From a candidate division FCPU426 bacterium (lineage in GTDB: Bacteria > Oederibacteriota > Muellerivitia > Muellerivitales > Muellerivitaceae): 64,000 nucleotides of DNA. Below are positions 48,309-58,335 of the stretch, piece by piece. Each line of letters opens with the position of its first letter. Position 1 is the stretch's first letter. Both the position numbers and the translations under genes were made by a program. The stretch spans positions 128,001 to 192,000 of the forward strand of contig CAVYSE010000028.1 of NCBI GenBank assembly GCA_963771075.1, in the 5' to 3' direction. The notes under the pieces are model-generated. The model was not told where the DNA came from. It worked only from the letters and a program-made list of their open reading frames with translations, and did no database searches.

Positions 48309-48941
48309 TTGAAACGTTACGCTTCTTTCCTTTCCACTTTCGCGTTATTGGGCTTTTTAACCTTGCTCCTGCCCGCTTGCGGTGGAAACGAAATCAAAGG
48401 CCAAAAGCCTCCCGAGACCGTTCTTAATTCCGATTCCACACCCACGCCGGAAGCCACCCAAGATTTCACGCTGGGCGCCAATCCAACCGCCACCCCCCAA
48501 GTCAGTTCCGGTGAGGACATGGACACCGCTTCTAGAAAATTAAGCAAATCGGTCGCCCGTTCCTATGCGGAGAAAATCGCCCGCGTCAAAGCTTCCCAAT
48601 CCACCCAAAGCATCCAGGTATTGACCACCCCAACTCCTGAAATGACGCCGACCGCCGAGCCTGTCATGACCCCAACCGCCGTTGCCGCGCCCGCGCCACC
48701 GATGGAAACCACCACCAATACCCATCCGCGGAAAGGCCCCCATTGGATCCTTTGGCTGATCATCCTGATCCTTTTGGGCGGCGGCGCCTACTGGTACTGG
48801 CTGCGCAGCAAAGAGGACGATAACACTCCCTACCAGCCCCATCCCCCGGTGGGAGGACTTTCGCCCGTCAGCGGCTACACCGTCCGGAAAAAACCGGAGG
48901 CCCCTAAAAAACCTTCCTTCTGGAAGCGGAAACTTTTTTAA
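48309..48941 (+). CDS. Pro/Thr-rich putative lipoprotein with a C-terminal TM helix
   Basis: TTG after GGGAGA, lipobox LPAC, TPTP repeats, WILWLIILILLGGGAYWYW, basic tail. Confidence 0.65.
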   Translation: MKRYASFLSTFALLGFLTLLLPACGGNEIKGQKPPETVLNSDSTPTPEATQDFTLGANPTATPQVSSGEDMDTASRKLSKSVARSYAEKIARVKASQSTQSIQVLTTPTPEMTPTAEPVMTPTAVAAPAPPMETTTNTHPRKGPHWILWLIILILLGGGAYWYWLRSKEDDNTPYQPHPPVGGLSPVSGYTVRKKPEAPKKPSFWKRKLF

Positions 48942-48960
48942 TCCCCTCCGCCCATTCAAA

Positions 48961-49596
48961 ATGATCGTCCCTTCGGAGCCTGAACGGTTTTTGGAGATTC
49001 TCCAGAAGGACCGCTGCCCCCTCTGCGTAATGGTCCAGCAGTACGGTTTCGACCATTTGAAATCCCTCCTCGAAGAAAGCGTGACCGACCCACACACACG
49101 CGACAGGCTCCATGCCTCCAACGGATTTTGCAACCGTCACGCTTGGCAAGGGGTCCATCAGCGGCAGGCCTTGGGGCTGGGACTGATTTATTCCGGTCTG
49201 TTGGAAAGGGGTATGAAAGCCCTTCTTCATCCACCCCGTTTCTGGAAAAGAACCCGGCCTCAAATTTGCCCAATCTGCCAATCCGAGGCCTCCTGTGAGC
49301 GGGTTTACGCCCGGCAATTCCTGGCGGGATGGTCCCAGTCCGAGTCGCTTCGCCAAACCTTCAAGGAAAAAGGCGTCCTTTGCGTGCCCCATTTAAGAAT
49401 TCTCTTGTCCCTGAAGGCCTCCCCGGCCGTGCGGGAGGATTTAAAACAACAGGGCCTGGCGGCCCTGCAAAGGGTCGGGAAAGATTTGAATGAATTCCTC
49501 GCCAAACAGGATTATCATCGAATTAAGGAAAAGTCCGGTGCGGAAGGCGATGCCTGGGTCCGGGCCGTGAGGTTAACTTGCGGCGAACGGGAATAA
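48961..49596 (+). CDS. DUF6062-like Cys/His protein
   Basis: Two repeats of CPxC ... CxxH (CPLC/FCNRH and CPIC/LCVPH). Confidence 0.7.
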   Translation: MIVPSEPERFLEILQKDRCPLCVMVQQYGFDHLKSLLEESVTDPHTRDRLHASNGFCNRHAWQGVHQRQALGLGLIYSGLLERGMKALLHPPRFWKRTRPQICPICQSEASCERVYARQFLAGWSQSESLRQTFKEKGVLCVPHLRILLSLKASPAVREDLKQQGLAALQRVGKDLNEFLAKQDYHRIKEKSGAEGDAWVRAVRLTCGERE

Positions 49597-49664
49597 CCCA
49601 TACCCCACCAAGGTAACCCCTTTTCCTTATTGTTCCGGAAACCGTAACCATCGGGAGCCCAAAC

Positions 49665-50108
49665 ATGGCCGAGCCCCTCCAATACAAGAACAACAAAGAC
49701 TGGGGTGTCACGGACTATTATTTCATTGACCTGGTGGTCATGCTGGCCTCTTCGGTGAAGATCGACCTGGGCGAACTTCCCCATCCCTATTACAAAGATA
49801 AGGACATCAACCTCGCCCGGGCCAGAATCACCATCAACATGATCTCCTCCCTGGTCAAGAAAACCGGCGGGAACCTGAACATCGAGGAGAAAAAAGTCCT
49901 TCGGGAAGTGCTGGAAGATCTCCAAAAAACCTACGTGGAAAAAAGCCAGGAACCCGTCCGTTCCTCCGGCCCCACCAACCCCAAGACGCCTAGCCGGCCC
50001 TTGATCCCCACCCCTCCGGCCACGAACACCACAACCAACGTGAAGGACTGGATTCACCTCGTCCAGCAGGAAATCGCCAAGAAAAAACAGGCCCCTCCGC
50101 CCAAATAA
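49665..50108 (+). CDS. DUF1844 domain protein
   Basis: LGELPHP, LARARITINM, KTGGNLNIEE...LQKTYV. Confidence 0.75.
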   Translation: MAEPLQYKNNKDWGVTDYYFIDLVVMLASSVKIDLGELPHPYYKDKDINLARARITINMISSLVKKTGGNLNIEEKKVLREVLEDLQKTYVEKSQEPVRSSGPTNPKTPSRPLIPTPPATNTTTNVKDWIHLVQQEIAKKKQAPPPK

Positions 50109-50117
50109 ACCCTTGTT

Positions 50118-51242
50118 CTACCTTTTCAAGCTTCTCCCCTTCCACCGGCCCCCGCCGGTCATGAACCAACGCGCGGAATTTAACCCGATGAGGGCAAAGA
50201 GGAAAGACCCCAGGGGATGAAATAAAACCGACACCCGGCTCATTTTATAATGCCATGCTTGGAACCACCGGACGCACCACTGGGCGCAAGCCAGGGTGAG
50301 CGCCGGGAAAAACCATTTCGAATCCGGCCCCAGAAATAACAAAAGGTATGGTGCCATACCGATCCCAAGTAGCACCCCCAGCACCCCCGCCATCCTCGGG
50401 ACCGAGAAACCGGCGGCCGGAAACATGTTCTTCGAGAACCCCTCCCAGACCTCCCGGGCGCTTCCATACATTCGGCAATGGGTGAATCCGCTTCCGTCCC
50501 CCAGCAACACCCGGAAACCACCCCGAACCAACGCCCTTCCCAAGCTCAAATCCTCCACGATCTCATTTTTAACGGCCCCATGGCCTCCCGTGGCCCAATA
50601 AGCTTTTTCCCTCACAAGAATGAACTGCCCCCCGACCCCCGCGAACTTTCGGAAGAAACTCCGCGGATTCAATGCCCAGGCCCCCGGTAGATAGGCCACG
50701 AGAGAATAAACCATGACCGGGACCACCAGTTTTTCCATCCAGGTTTCCGTGACCTGCTCATTCATCAGGGAAAGGACATCCGCATCCCGGTTCAAAGCGA
50801 AGTGGACCGACCTCTTGAGCATATCGGGGTCATGCCAGGTATCGGCATCGGTGAAGAGAAGCCAATCTCCCTTCGCCTTGGCCGATAGCTGATGGCAGGC
50901 CCAGGGCTTGCCGAGCCAGCCTACTGGAAGCTCCTTCCCCGCGAAGACCCGCAGGCGTTTATCCTGGCGCGCGTAAGAACGCAGGAGCGGCATGGTCCGG
51001 TCCGTGGAGCGGTCATCCAAGACCAATATTTCATAATCCGGGTAATCCTGACGTAGGAGGCTTTCAAGAAGGGGCCGGATGCGTTTATCCTCGTTTCGGG
51101 CGGGGACAAGAATGGATACCTTGGGCCACTTTTTGCGGGCCGCCGGCACGCCCGGGACTTTTTCAAAAAGAAGAATGTTCTGCCAAGCGCAAAAGAGCAG
51201 CCACAGGGAGATCAAAAACGCCGAAGCGAATATCAATTCCAT
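50118..51242 (-). CDS. GT2 glycosyltransferase (carotenoid/hopanoid glucosyltransferase-like)
   Basis: SILVPARNE, DDRSTD, GWLGKPWAC, FTDAD, EIVED, RMY...GFSKN. Confidence 0.88.
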   Translation of the reverse strand: MELIFASAFLISLWLLFCAWQNILLFEKVPGVPAARKKWPKVSILVPARNEDKRIRPLLESLLRQDYPDYEILVLDDRSTDRTMPLLRSYARQDKRLRVFAGKELPVGWLGKPWACHQLSAKAKGDWLLFTDADTWHDPDMLKRSVHFALNRDADVLSLMNEQVTETWMEKLVVPVMVYSLVAYLPGAWALNPRSFFRKFAGVGGQFILVREKAYWATGGHGAVKNEIVEDLSLGRALVRGGFRVLLGDGSGFTHCRMYGSAREVWEGFSKNMFPAAGFSVPRMAGVLGVLLGIGMAPYLLLFLGPDSKWFFPALTLACAQWCVRWFQAWHYKMSRVSVLFHPLGSFLFALIGLNSARWFMTGGGRWKGRSLKR

Positions 51243-51269
51243 CTCCTTTTCAATGGCTTGTCATGGCAT

Positions 51270-51300
51270 AAAAAAAGGGAGGCTCCCTTGGGAACCTCCC
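51270..51300 (-). terminator. Intrinsic terminator after ahpC
   Basis: Minus strand GGGAGGTTCCC-AA-GGGAGCCTCCC followed by a T-tract. Confidence 0.8.
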
Positions 51301-51321
51301 CTTCCCTTTTAAGCTTGAACC

Positions 51322-51846
51322 TTAGTTTAAGGTTTTCTTTCCGGGCGTCCAGTTGCAACCCGTCAGCTTGCCGGTCTCGAAGGCGGCCAAGGTGCGGATG
51401 GTCTCATCCACGTTGCGGCCGACCGCCGTATCGTTGATCGTGGCGTGCTTGAGGTTCCCGTCCGGATCGATGACGAAGGTGCCGCGCAAGGCGATCCCCT
51501 TATCCTCGATTAGGACGCCGTAAGCGCGGGAAATATGGTGGGCCGTGTCCGCCAAATGGGGGAACTTCAACTTGCCCAGGGTCGGCGATTCCTGCCAGGC
51601 CTTGTGACTGTACACGCTGTCGGTGGAGCAGGTGATAACCTCGGCCCCCAACTTCTTGAACTCCTCGTATTTCTCATTGAAACCCTGGATTTCGGTCGGG
51701 CAAACGAAGGTGAAATCGAGGGGATAAAAGAACAACACCACCCACTTTCCCTTGTAATCGGAAAGCTTGACTTCCTTGAACTCCCCGTTCGGCAACAGGG
51801 CCTGACCCTGGAAATCCGGCGCTTTTTGTCCCACTTGTACTGACAT
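51322..51846 (-). CDS. ahpC: Typical 2-Cys peroxiredoxin
   Basis: FYPLDFTFVCPTE, RGTFVIDPDG, GRNVDE, C-terminal GCNW. Confidence 0.95.
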   Translation of the reverse strand: MSVQVGQKAPDFQGQALLPNGEFKEVKLSDYKGKWVVLFFYPLDFTFVCPTEIQGFNEKYEEFKKLGAEVITCSTDSVYSHKAWQESPTLGKLKFPHLADTAHHISRAYGVLIEDKGIALRGTFVIDPDGNLKHATINDTAVGRNVDETIRTLAAFETGKLTGCNWTPGKKTLN

Positions 51847-52018
51847 GACGTCCTCCTTGAAATAATAAACGGTTTTTATGCCCCCGGGGCGTCAACCCCT
51901 TCAGCGGTTTTAGGCGCGGGCCTGAACCGACAACCCACCCCATTTGATCCATCCCTCCCGCAGGGAGAAACCCCCGAAAAAGCTTTGGGAGTCATCCCGC
52001 AGGGAACGGAAAATATCC

Positions 52019-52492
52019 CTACCCTTCCTCAAGTCCCCGCTTGCCTTGCCTTTTTCCGGCGCATTCCCGGCAAGTGCCCCTGAAATGCACTGAATAATCC
52101 AACACCTCGAAATGAGCCGATCGCGCGGGGGATAACCGCAAGGGTGGCAATGATTTTTCTTCCAGGTCCATCACCTTGTGGCAGGAAAGGCATGTCAGGT
52201 GATGATGCCTTTCGGTATTGGGGTCATAACGGGCAGCCGAACCCATGTGGCTCGCCTTATGGATCACCCCCATATCGACCAAGGTATCCAGAACCCGGTA
52301 AACAGTCGTTCGGGACAAACTGGGCATTTGGGCCGTGACCGCCTCAAAAACCTGGTCCGCCGTGGGATGGTCCTCCCGGACCGCCAGGGACTCCAGGATG
52401 ACCCGGCGCTGTACGGTCAGGGGCACCCCCTGTTCCCGGCACAATTGCTCAAAGTGAGCCATTTTTTCCTGGGAAAACTGGGGGGATTTCAT
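52019..52492 (-). CDS. perR: Fur-family regulator, PerR-like
   Basis: TVQRRVIL, DHPTAD, TTVYRVL, HHHLTCLSC, CREC; upstream of ahpC. Confidence 0.82.
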   Translation of the reverse strand: MKSPQFSQEKMAHFEQLCREQGVPLTVQRRVILESLAVREDHPTADQVFEAVTAQMPSLSRTTVYRVLDTLVDMGVIHKASHMGSAARYDPNTERHHHLTCLSCHKVMDLEEKSLPPLRLSPARSAHFEVLDYSVHFRGTCRECAGKRQGKRGLEEG

Positions 52493-52499
52493 AGATGGT

Positions 52500-52528
52500 A
52501 ATATATACCATTTGATATTTATTGTCAA
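52500..52528 (-). promoter_or_regulatory. Sigma70-type promoter of perR, probably leaderless
   Basis: TTGACA-17 nt-TATATT, then 7 nt to the ATG; no SD. Confidence 0.75.
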
Positions 52529-52933
52529 CTCCCAAAAGGCACCTTGGGATGCCGGTACCTTGTTCCATCGGGGTGGAAAAATCCAGGGATAGGGGATTAA
52601 TTCTTTGTTAAGCGAAGACGCTTGAAAAGGCGTCGGGTGATCCGGGGCCAATTTTTCCACCGATCGGTTACCATCCGGTCCGCTCGAGAAGTCTTTAGTC
52701 GCCCCTACGGGGAGTGATCCTGTGAGGCCAAACCCTCTCCCCATCAATTAGGGGCCGCCCCTCCCCTATCCTCCATCCGGTTGAAAAACGCGGGGCCGAC
52801 TGATATAGATGGAAGGGGCCCAGGGGCCATTTTCCGTTCCCTACCGGACAAATCCCGAGTGACTTGGATCGTTTCCCGAGATTTTGCGGCGCCTTGGTCG
52901 TTCATGAAACAATTTAAGGAAGGAACCACATCC

Positions 52934-53356
52934 ATGCCTGAAGGCGAATATCCCATCAAGCTCATATCCGTGGAGGAAGCCAATTTGCTCCTTCCCCGGA
53001 TACGCAGGGCCCTGGCTTCCCTGCGCGAACTTCGGCAAAGAGTCCTTCGAACCCAAGCCCAGATCGAGATCGAGGAGATGACGGGATCGGGGCCCGATCG
53101 GAATTTGTCCCCCTCCGCCGAGGCGGCCATCGCCAGCCAAATGGCCGGCCTGCAGGACTTAAGCCGCCACTTTGAGGGTTTGATGGAAGAGCTTCAATCC
53201 CAGGGCGCCTTTTTGAAGGACTTGGAAACCGGTTTGGTGGATTTTTACAGCCGCCGCGGCCCGGATATTATTTTCTTGTGCTGGAGGGAAGACGAGAAGG
53301 AAGTCGGCCATTGGCATCCCCTGGAAGGGGGATTCCGGAACCGCCAACCCCTCTAA
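52934..53356 (+). CDS. DUF2203 family protein
   Basis: VEEANLLLP, LKDLETGLVDF, LCWRED...HWH...GFRNRQPL. Confidence 0.85.
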   Translation: MPEGEYPIKLISVEEANLLLPRIRRALASLRELRQRVLRTQAQIEIEEMTGSGPDRNLSPSAEAAIASQMAGLQDLSRHFEGLMEELQSQGAFLKDLETGLVDFYSRRGPDIIFLCWREDEKEVGHWHPLEGGFRNRQPL

Positions 53357-53486
53357 GCCGGCCTTTCCCGTCCGGGTTTAACCTAACCTCCCCTTCCCTT
53401 GCGAAAATCTTGCTCTTAAGATGGGGTGCTTTTGAAGCGTCCTTTCCTGTTGATGGAAGCCTCAATTAATCCCAAAGGGGAATTTT

Positions 53487-55490
53487 ATGCCTTCAAATTT
53501 CGACTCCGCCGACCAATCGGCCATTAATGCCATCCGCCTTCTGGCGGTGGATGCCACCCGCCAGGCCGGCTGCGGCCATCCCGGCATGCCCATGGGCATG
53601 GCCCCCGTCGCCCACGTGCTATGGTCGCGCTTCCTCAAGCACAACCCCTCCAATCCCCATTGGTTTAACCGGGACCGTTTCGTTCTTTCGGCGGGCCACG
53701 GTTCCATGCTCATATATTCCCTCCTGCACCTGCATGGCTACGGACTTTCTCTGGAGGACTTGAAAAATTTCCGCCAATGGGGCAGCAAGACCCCCGGCCA
53801 TCCCGAATACGGCCATACCGAAGGCGTGGAAACCACCACCGGCCCCCTTGGACAGGGTGTTGCGACCGCGGTGGGAATGGCCATGGCCGAGCGGATTCTC
53901 GCGGCCCGCTTCGGGGACGAGCTGGTCGACCACCGCACCTGGGTCATCGCCTCGGATGGCGACCTGGAGGAAGGGGTGTCCCACGAATCCTGTTCCCTGG
54001 CCGGGCACCTGAAGCTCTCCCGGCTCAAGTTGATCTACGACGATAACCACATTTCCATCGAGGGCGACACCAACCTGGCCTACAGCGAGGATGTTTTGAA
54101 ACGCTTCGAGTCCTACGGCTGGCATACCCTGCGGGTCACGGACGCCAACGACCTGGCCGAGGTGGAAAAGGCCATGGCGGAGGCGGTGGCCGAGAAGGAA
54201 AGGCCGACCCTCATTGCCGTCCGAAGCCACATCGGCTATGGCAGCCCCCTGCAGGACAACGCCAAGGTCCACGGCAGTGCCTTACCCCCGGATATGATCA
54301 AAGCCACCAAGGAATTCTTTAAATGGCCCCAGGAACCCGCTTTCTATATCCCTGAGGAAGCCAAAAAACGCTGTTTGGAATCGATGGAAAAAGGGAAAAA
54401 AGCCGAACAAGCCTGGAACCAAAAAAGGGACACCTACGCCAAGGCCGAACCGGAAAAGTTCCGCCCCTTTGAACAGGCTCTGGCCAAGGAACTGCCGAAG
54501 GATTTGGACTCCAAGCTTCCGGTCTTCCCCGCGGACGAGAAGGGACTGGCCACCCGATCGGCTTCCGGCAAGGTCCTGAACGCCATCGCGAAGGAAGTTC
54601 CTTATTTTTATGGGGGCTCAGCCGACCTGGCGGGTTCCAATGACACGACGATCGAGGGCGGCGGGGATTTCCTGGCCGGCCAATACCAGAACCGTATTTT
54701 CCATTTCGGCATCCGGGAACACGCGATGGCCGCCGCCTTGAACGGCATGGCCCTGCACGGGGGAGTGATCCCCTTCGGCGGGACCTTCCTGATGTTCAAC
54801 GACTATATGAAGCCCGCCTACCGGCTGGCCCACCTGATGGGCATTCAATCCATCTTCGTCTTCACTCACGATTCCATCGGCCAGGGTGAGGACGGCCCTA
54901 CCCACCAACCGGTCGAAACCCTTGCCGCCATGAGATCCATCCCCCATTCCTGCGTTATCCGCCCCGCCGACGCGAACGAGGTTACCTACGCCTGGAAAGT
55001 GGCCCTTGAGCGCAAGAACGCTCCGACCACCCTAGTCTTGACCCGACAAGCCGTTCCTATTTTCGACCGCTCCAAGTTGTCGCCCGCTTCGGGCCTCTTA
55101 CAAGGCGCCTATGTCCTGTCCGAAGCCAGGGAGGGCAAACCGCAGGTGATTCTCATCGGAACCGGTTCGGAGGTTCAACTTTGCCTCAAGGCCCAGGAAA
55201 TACTGGAAAAGGACCGCATCCCAACCCGGGTCGTGAGCGCTCCCTCCCTGGAACTTTTCTCAGCCCAATCGGATGACTACCGTGAGCAGGTGCTTCCTTC
55301 CGCGGTCAGGGCCCGCGTGGTCGTGGAAGCCGCGACTCAATTCGGTTGGCACCGCTGGGCGGGGGACAAGGGCCGATTCGTGACCCTGGAGCGGTTCGGC
55401 GCGAGCGCGCCCGGGCCCGTGGTTATGAAGAACCTGGGTTTCACCCCCGAAAAGGTGGTGGAAGCCGCAAAGGACAGCCTCAAAAGCTGA
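53487..55490 (+). CDS. tkt: Transketolase
   Basis: [63 protein letters not shown]. Confidence 0.98.
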   Translation: MPSNFDSADQSAINAIRLLAVDATRQAGCGHPGMPMGMAPVAHVLWSRFLKHNPSNPHWFNRDRFVLSAGHGSMLIYSLLHLHGYGLSLEDLKNFRQWGSKTPGHPEYGHTEGVETTTGPLGQGVATAVGMAMAERILAARFGDELVDHRTWVIASDGDLEEGVSHESCSLAGHLKLSRLKLIYDDNHISIEGDTNLAYSEDVLKRFESYGWHTLRVTDANDLAEVEKAMAEAVAEKERPTLIAVRSHIGYGSPLQDNAKVHGSALPPDMIKATKEFFKWPQEPAFYIPEEAKKRCLESMEKGKKAEQAWNQKRDTYAKAEPEKFRPFEQALAKELPKDLDSKLPVFPADEKGLATRSASGKVLNAIAKEVPYFYGGSADLAGSNDTTIEGGGDFLAGQYQNRIFHFGIREHAMAAALNGMALHGGVIPFGGTFLMFNDYMKPAYRLAHLMGIQSIFVFTHDSIGQGEDGPTHQPVETLAAMRSIPHSCVIRPADANEVTYAWKVALERKNAPTTLVLTRQAVPIFDRSKLSPASGLLQGAYVLSEAREGKPQVILIGTGSEVQLCLKAQEILEKDRIPTRVVSAPSLELFSAQSDDYREQVLPSAVRARVVVEAATQFGWHRWAGDKGRFVTLERFGASAPGPVVMKNLGFTPEKVVEAAKDSLKS

Positions 55491-55526
55491 CCGCATAACC
55501 TTGATTCCCATATATGAAAGTACGGC

Positions 55527-56102
55527 ATGTTCACCACCAGCCACGCCATCCTCAACTCCGCCCTATTAGGCCGGAAGGATAAGCCCGGTCGTCATGGACC
55601 CGCCTTTTGGGGAGCGGTGGCCCCAGACCTGCCGATGCTCCTTTTTTTCTTCCTCATTCCGGCCCTGGGCCATCTGGCCCATCTTTCCCTTCCCAACCGG
55701 TTTTATTACTTTCCCTATTACCGTTCCTTTATTGACTGGGCCCATTCCGTTCCCCTGGCCCTAGCCGGCTTTCTCCTGTTCCTTTGGCTCAAGAAAGAAT
55801 GGGGATGGATCTTTTTCCTAAGCATGTTCTTGCACGACCTGGAGGATTTTTTCGTCCACGCAACCTACCCCCACGAGCATTTCCTGCCCTTCAGCCACTG
55901 GAAATTTTATGGTCCCCTGTCTTATTTCGATCCCGCCTATCACGGGGCTGTTGTGGCCCCCATCGAATGGGCTTTGGTGATTCTTTGTTCCTGGATTCTG
56001 TATAAAAGGGACGTTCAACCCCGGGTTCAGCTTCTCCTCTTAACGGTCGTCATTTTCCAGGGAACCTGGTTGGTCTACGCATTCACAAGTTTTCACTGGT
56101 AG
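55527..56102 (+). CDS. Membrane protein, metal-dependent hydrolase-like
   Basis: TSHAI, GAVAPD, AHS, LHDLEDFFVH, HFLPFS. Confidence 0.65.
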   Translation: MFTTSHAILNSALLGRKDKPGRHGPAFWGAVAPDLPMLLFFFLIPALGHLAHLSLPNRFYYFPYYRSFIDWAHSVPLALAGFLLFLWLKKEWGWIFFLSMFLHDLEDFFVHATYPHEHFLPFSHWKFYGPLSYFDPAYHGAVVAPIEWALVILCSWILYKRDVQPRVQLLLLTVVIFQGTWLVYAFTSFHW

Positions 56103-56215
56103 TTTTTCACCCCAATAAGTCTTTCGAATTGAGGGTGATCAATTTAAGCTTGAATTTGAATTGCCGAATGTGGGAAAGTCCCGCAGGATTATTTCACTTC
56201 AACCGGGGGGATTTC

Positions 56216-56815
56216 ATGAAAGTGGTTTGCTTTGACTTGGAGGGTGTGCTAATCCCTGAATTTTGGGAGGAGTTCTCGAAATTCACGGGGATTCCCGAAC
56301 TCATGAAAACGACCCGGGACGAGCCCGATTACGACAAACTGATGAGGATGCGGATCGGGATATTGAAAGAACACAACCTGGGCATCAAGGAAATCCACCA
56401 AATCGTCTCAAAGATGGAAGCCTTGGAAGGCGCCAAGGAATTTTTGGACTGGTTGAGGACCAGGGCGCAGGTGGCCATATTGACCGGAAGCTTTTACGAC
56501 TACATCGATCCGCTTATCGAAAAAATTGGAAATCCCTTCACCTTCGCCAACTCCCTGGTTCTCGACCCAAAGGGGATGGTTGTGGATTACAAGCTCCGGG
56601 AGCCGGACGGTAAAATTGAGGTCATTAAGCGCTTCAAGGAAACTGGGTTCGGCACCATCGCAGTGGGGGATTCCTTCAATGACGTCAAGATGCTCAAGGA
56701 AGCCGATACGGGTATCCTCTTCAAGGCCTGCGAGGCGCTGAAACAGCAGGAACCCCAAATGCGTCGGGCGGAATCCTATGAGGAATTAAAAGGGATATTG
56801 GAACAACTCCTTTAA
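56216..56815 (+). CDS. thrH: Phosphoserine phosphatase / homoserine phosphotransferase
   Basis: CFDLEGVLIPE, TTRDEPDYDKLM, GDSFND. Confidence 0.9.
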   Translation: MKVVCFDLEGVLIPEFWEEFSKFTGIPELMKTTRDEPDYDKLMRMRIGILKEHNLGIKEIHQIVSKMEALEGAKEFLDWLRTRAQVAILTGSFYDYIDPLIEKIGNPFTFANSLVLDPKGMVVDYKLREPDGKIEVIKRFKETGFGTIAVGDSFNDVKMLKEADTGILFKACEALKQQEPQMRRAESYEELKGILEQLL

Positions 56816-56889
56816 GAATGTCGGGAACAAATTCAACGAAATCGTGTCCAATCCTATAAAGACGGGCCAATATCCGGAGGGGGTTTTCC

Positions 56890-58260
56890 ATGAGAATCGC
56901 TTACATCTTGCTTTGTTTGATTCCCTCGCTTGGGTTCAGCGAAGTGGCTGTGACGGCCTACAACGACAACTTGGGGGTCATTCGGGAAACCCGGCCCTTT
57001 GAGTTGAAAGAAGGAACCCAGGCCCTTCGATTCCAGGATGTGGCCTCCCAGATCGACCCCACCTCCGTGGCCCTCAATGGCCCCGAGGGATTCCAGGTGC
57101 TGGAGCAGAATTACGATTACGACCTGGTCTCTTCCGACGTCCTCCTCCAAAAATACATTGGCGAAACCCTTTCAGGCTTCGACAAGGCCGGCAAGGCGTA
57201 CGAGGGAAAGCTTTTTTCCTTCGATGGGAACCAGTTGGTCCTGGGACTCAAGGACGGCGGGGTACAGATGCTCAACCGTTCCGAACTGGTGCGCCTCGAT
57301 TTTCCCGACCTTCCCGGAGGCTTGATCCTTAAACCCACCTTGGTTTGGAAGGTTAACTCCCCCTTATCGGGCGAGAAACCCCTGACCCTCACCTACATGA
57401 CCACGGGCTTGAGCTGGCATTGCGAGTACGTCGCCAAGGTGTCGCCGGACGAGAAAAAACTGGACTTGAACGGCTGGGTATCGCTGGATAACCAGTCCGG
57501 GGCCAGTTATAAGGAAGCCCGCCTGAAGCTCGTGGCGGGGGATGTGAACCGCGTTCAAGCGCCTCCCCGCCCGATGATGATGAAGGCCATGGCTGCCATG
57601 CCCATGGCTGACGGCAATGTCCAATTCGAGGAAAAATCCTTTTTTGAGTACCACCTCTATACCCTCCAGCAACCTACGGACCTTTTGGATAAGCAGGTCA
57701 AGCAGGTTCAATTGCTCCAGGCTTCCAGCGTTCCCGTGCAAAAGAAATACACTTACGACGGAAGCCGGGACGATAAAAAGGTCAAGGTCACGTTGGAACT
57801 GGATAACAAAGAGGCCAACGGCATGGGCATGCCCTTGCCTGCGGGAAAGATCCGGGTCTATAAAGCCGACACCGACAAGACCGACCAATTCATTGGGGAG
57901 GATTCTATCGACCACACCCCCAAGGACGAAAAGGTTCGGGTGAACATGGGCAACGCCTTCGATGTGGTGGGGGAACGGAAGGTCATGGCGGTGCGTCGCG
58001 CCGGGTCCCAAACCAACGAACAGGACATCGCGATCACACTGCGCAACCATAAGAAAGATGACATCCAGGTCGTGGTGACCGAGCATGCTTGGGGCGATTG
58101 GCAGGTGACCCGGAAAAGCCAGGCTTTCCGCAAGAAAGACGCTTCCACCCTCGAGTTCGACGTGCCAGTCGCGGCCGATGGAACCGCCACGGTTACCTAC
58201 ACCCTCCACATCGGCACCCTGGAAGGCCCCCAACCGGCCGATGCCCCGGATAACCCTTAA
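56890..58260 (+). CDS. Secreted DUF4139/DUF4140 family protein
   Basis: VTAYNDNLGVIRE, IDPTSV, EQNYDYDL, LSWHCEY, FFEYHLY, PLPAGKIRVY. Confidence 0.88.
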   Translation: MRIAYILLCLIPSLGFSEVAVTAYNDNLGVIRETRPFELKEGTQALRFQDVASQIDPTSVALNGPEGFQVLEQNYDYDLVSSDVLLQKYIGETLSGFDKAGKAYEGKLFSFDGNQLVLGLKDGGVQMLNRSELVRLDFPDLPGGLILKPTLVWKVNSPLSGEKPLTLTYMTTGLSWHCEYVAKVSPDEKKLDLNGWVSLDNQSGASYKEARLKLVAGDVNRVQAPPRPMMMKAMAAMPMADGNVQFEEKSFFEYHLYTLQQPTDLLDKQVKQVQLLQASSVPVQKKYTYDGSRDDKKVKVTLELDNKEANGMGMPLPAGKIRVYKADTDKTDQFIGEDSIDHTPKDEKVRVNMGNAFDVVGERKVMAVRRAGSQTNEQDIAITLRNHKKDDIQVVVTEHAWGDWQVTRKSQAFRKKDASTLEFDVPVAADGTATVTYTLHIGTLEGPQPADAPDNP

Positions 58261-58335
58261 TTTAAGCCGCTATTTCCCAGTGTTTTATTAACTTCCCTTA
58301 CTCATCTTGAACGCCCTTTTGCCGTTAGGTTCTTT

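Noticed and set aside
51850..52018. Riboswitch or ncRNA between perR and ahpC (TCCCGCAGGGA occurs twice)
   Set aside because: No known aptamer consensus recognised; two 11-bp mini-hairpins are insufficient without an Rfam search.
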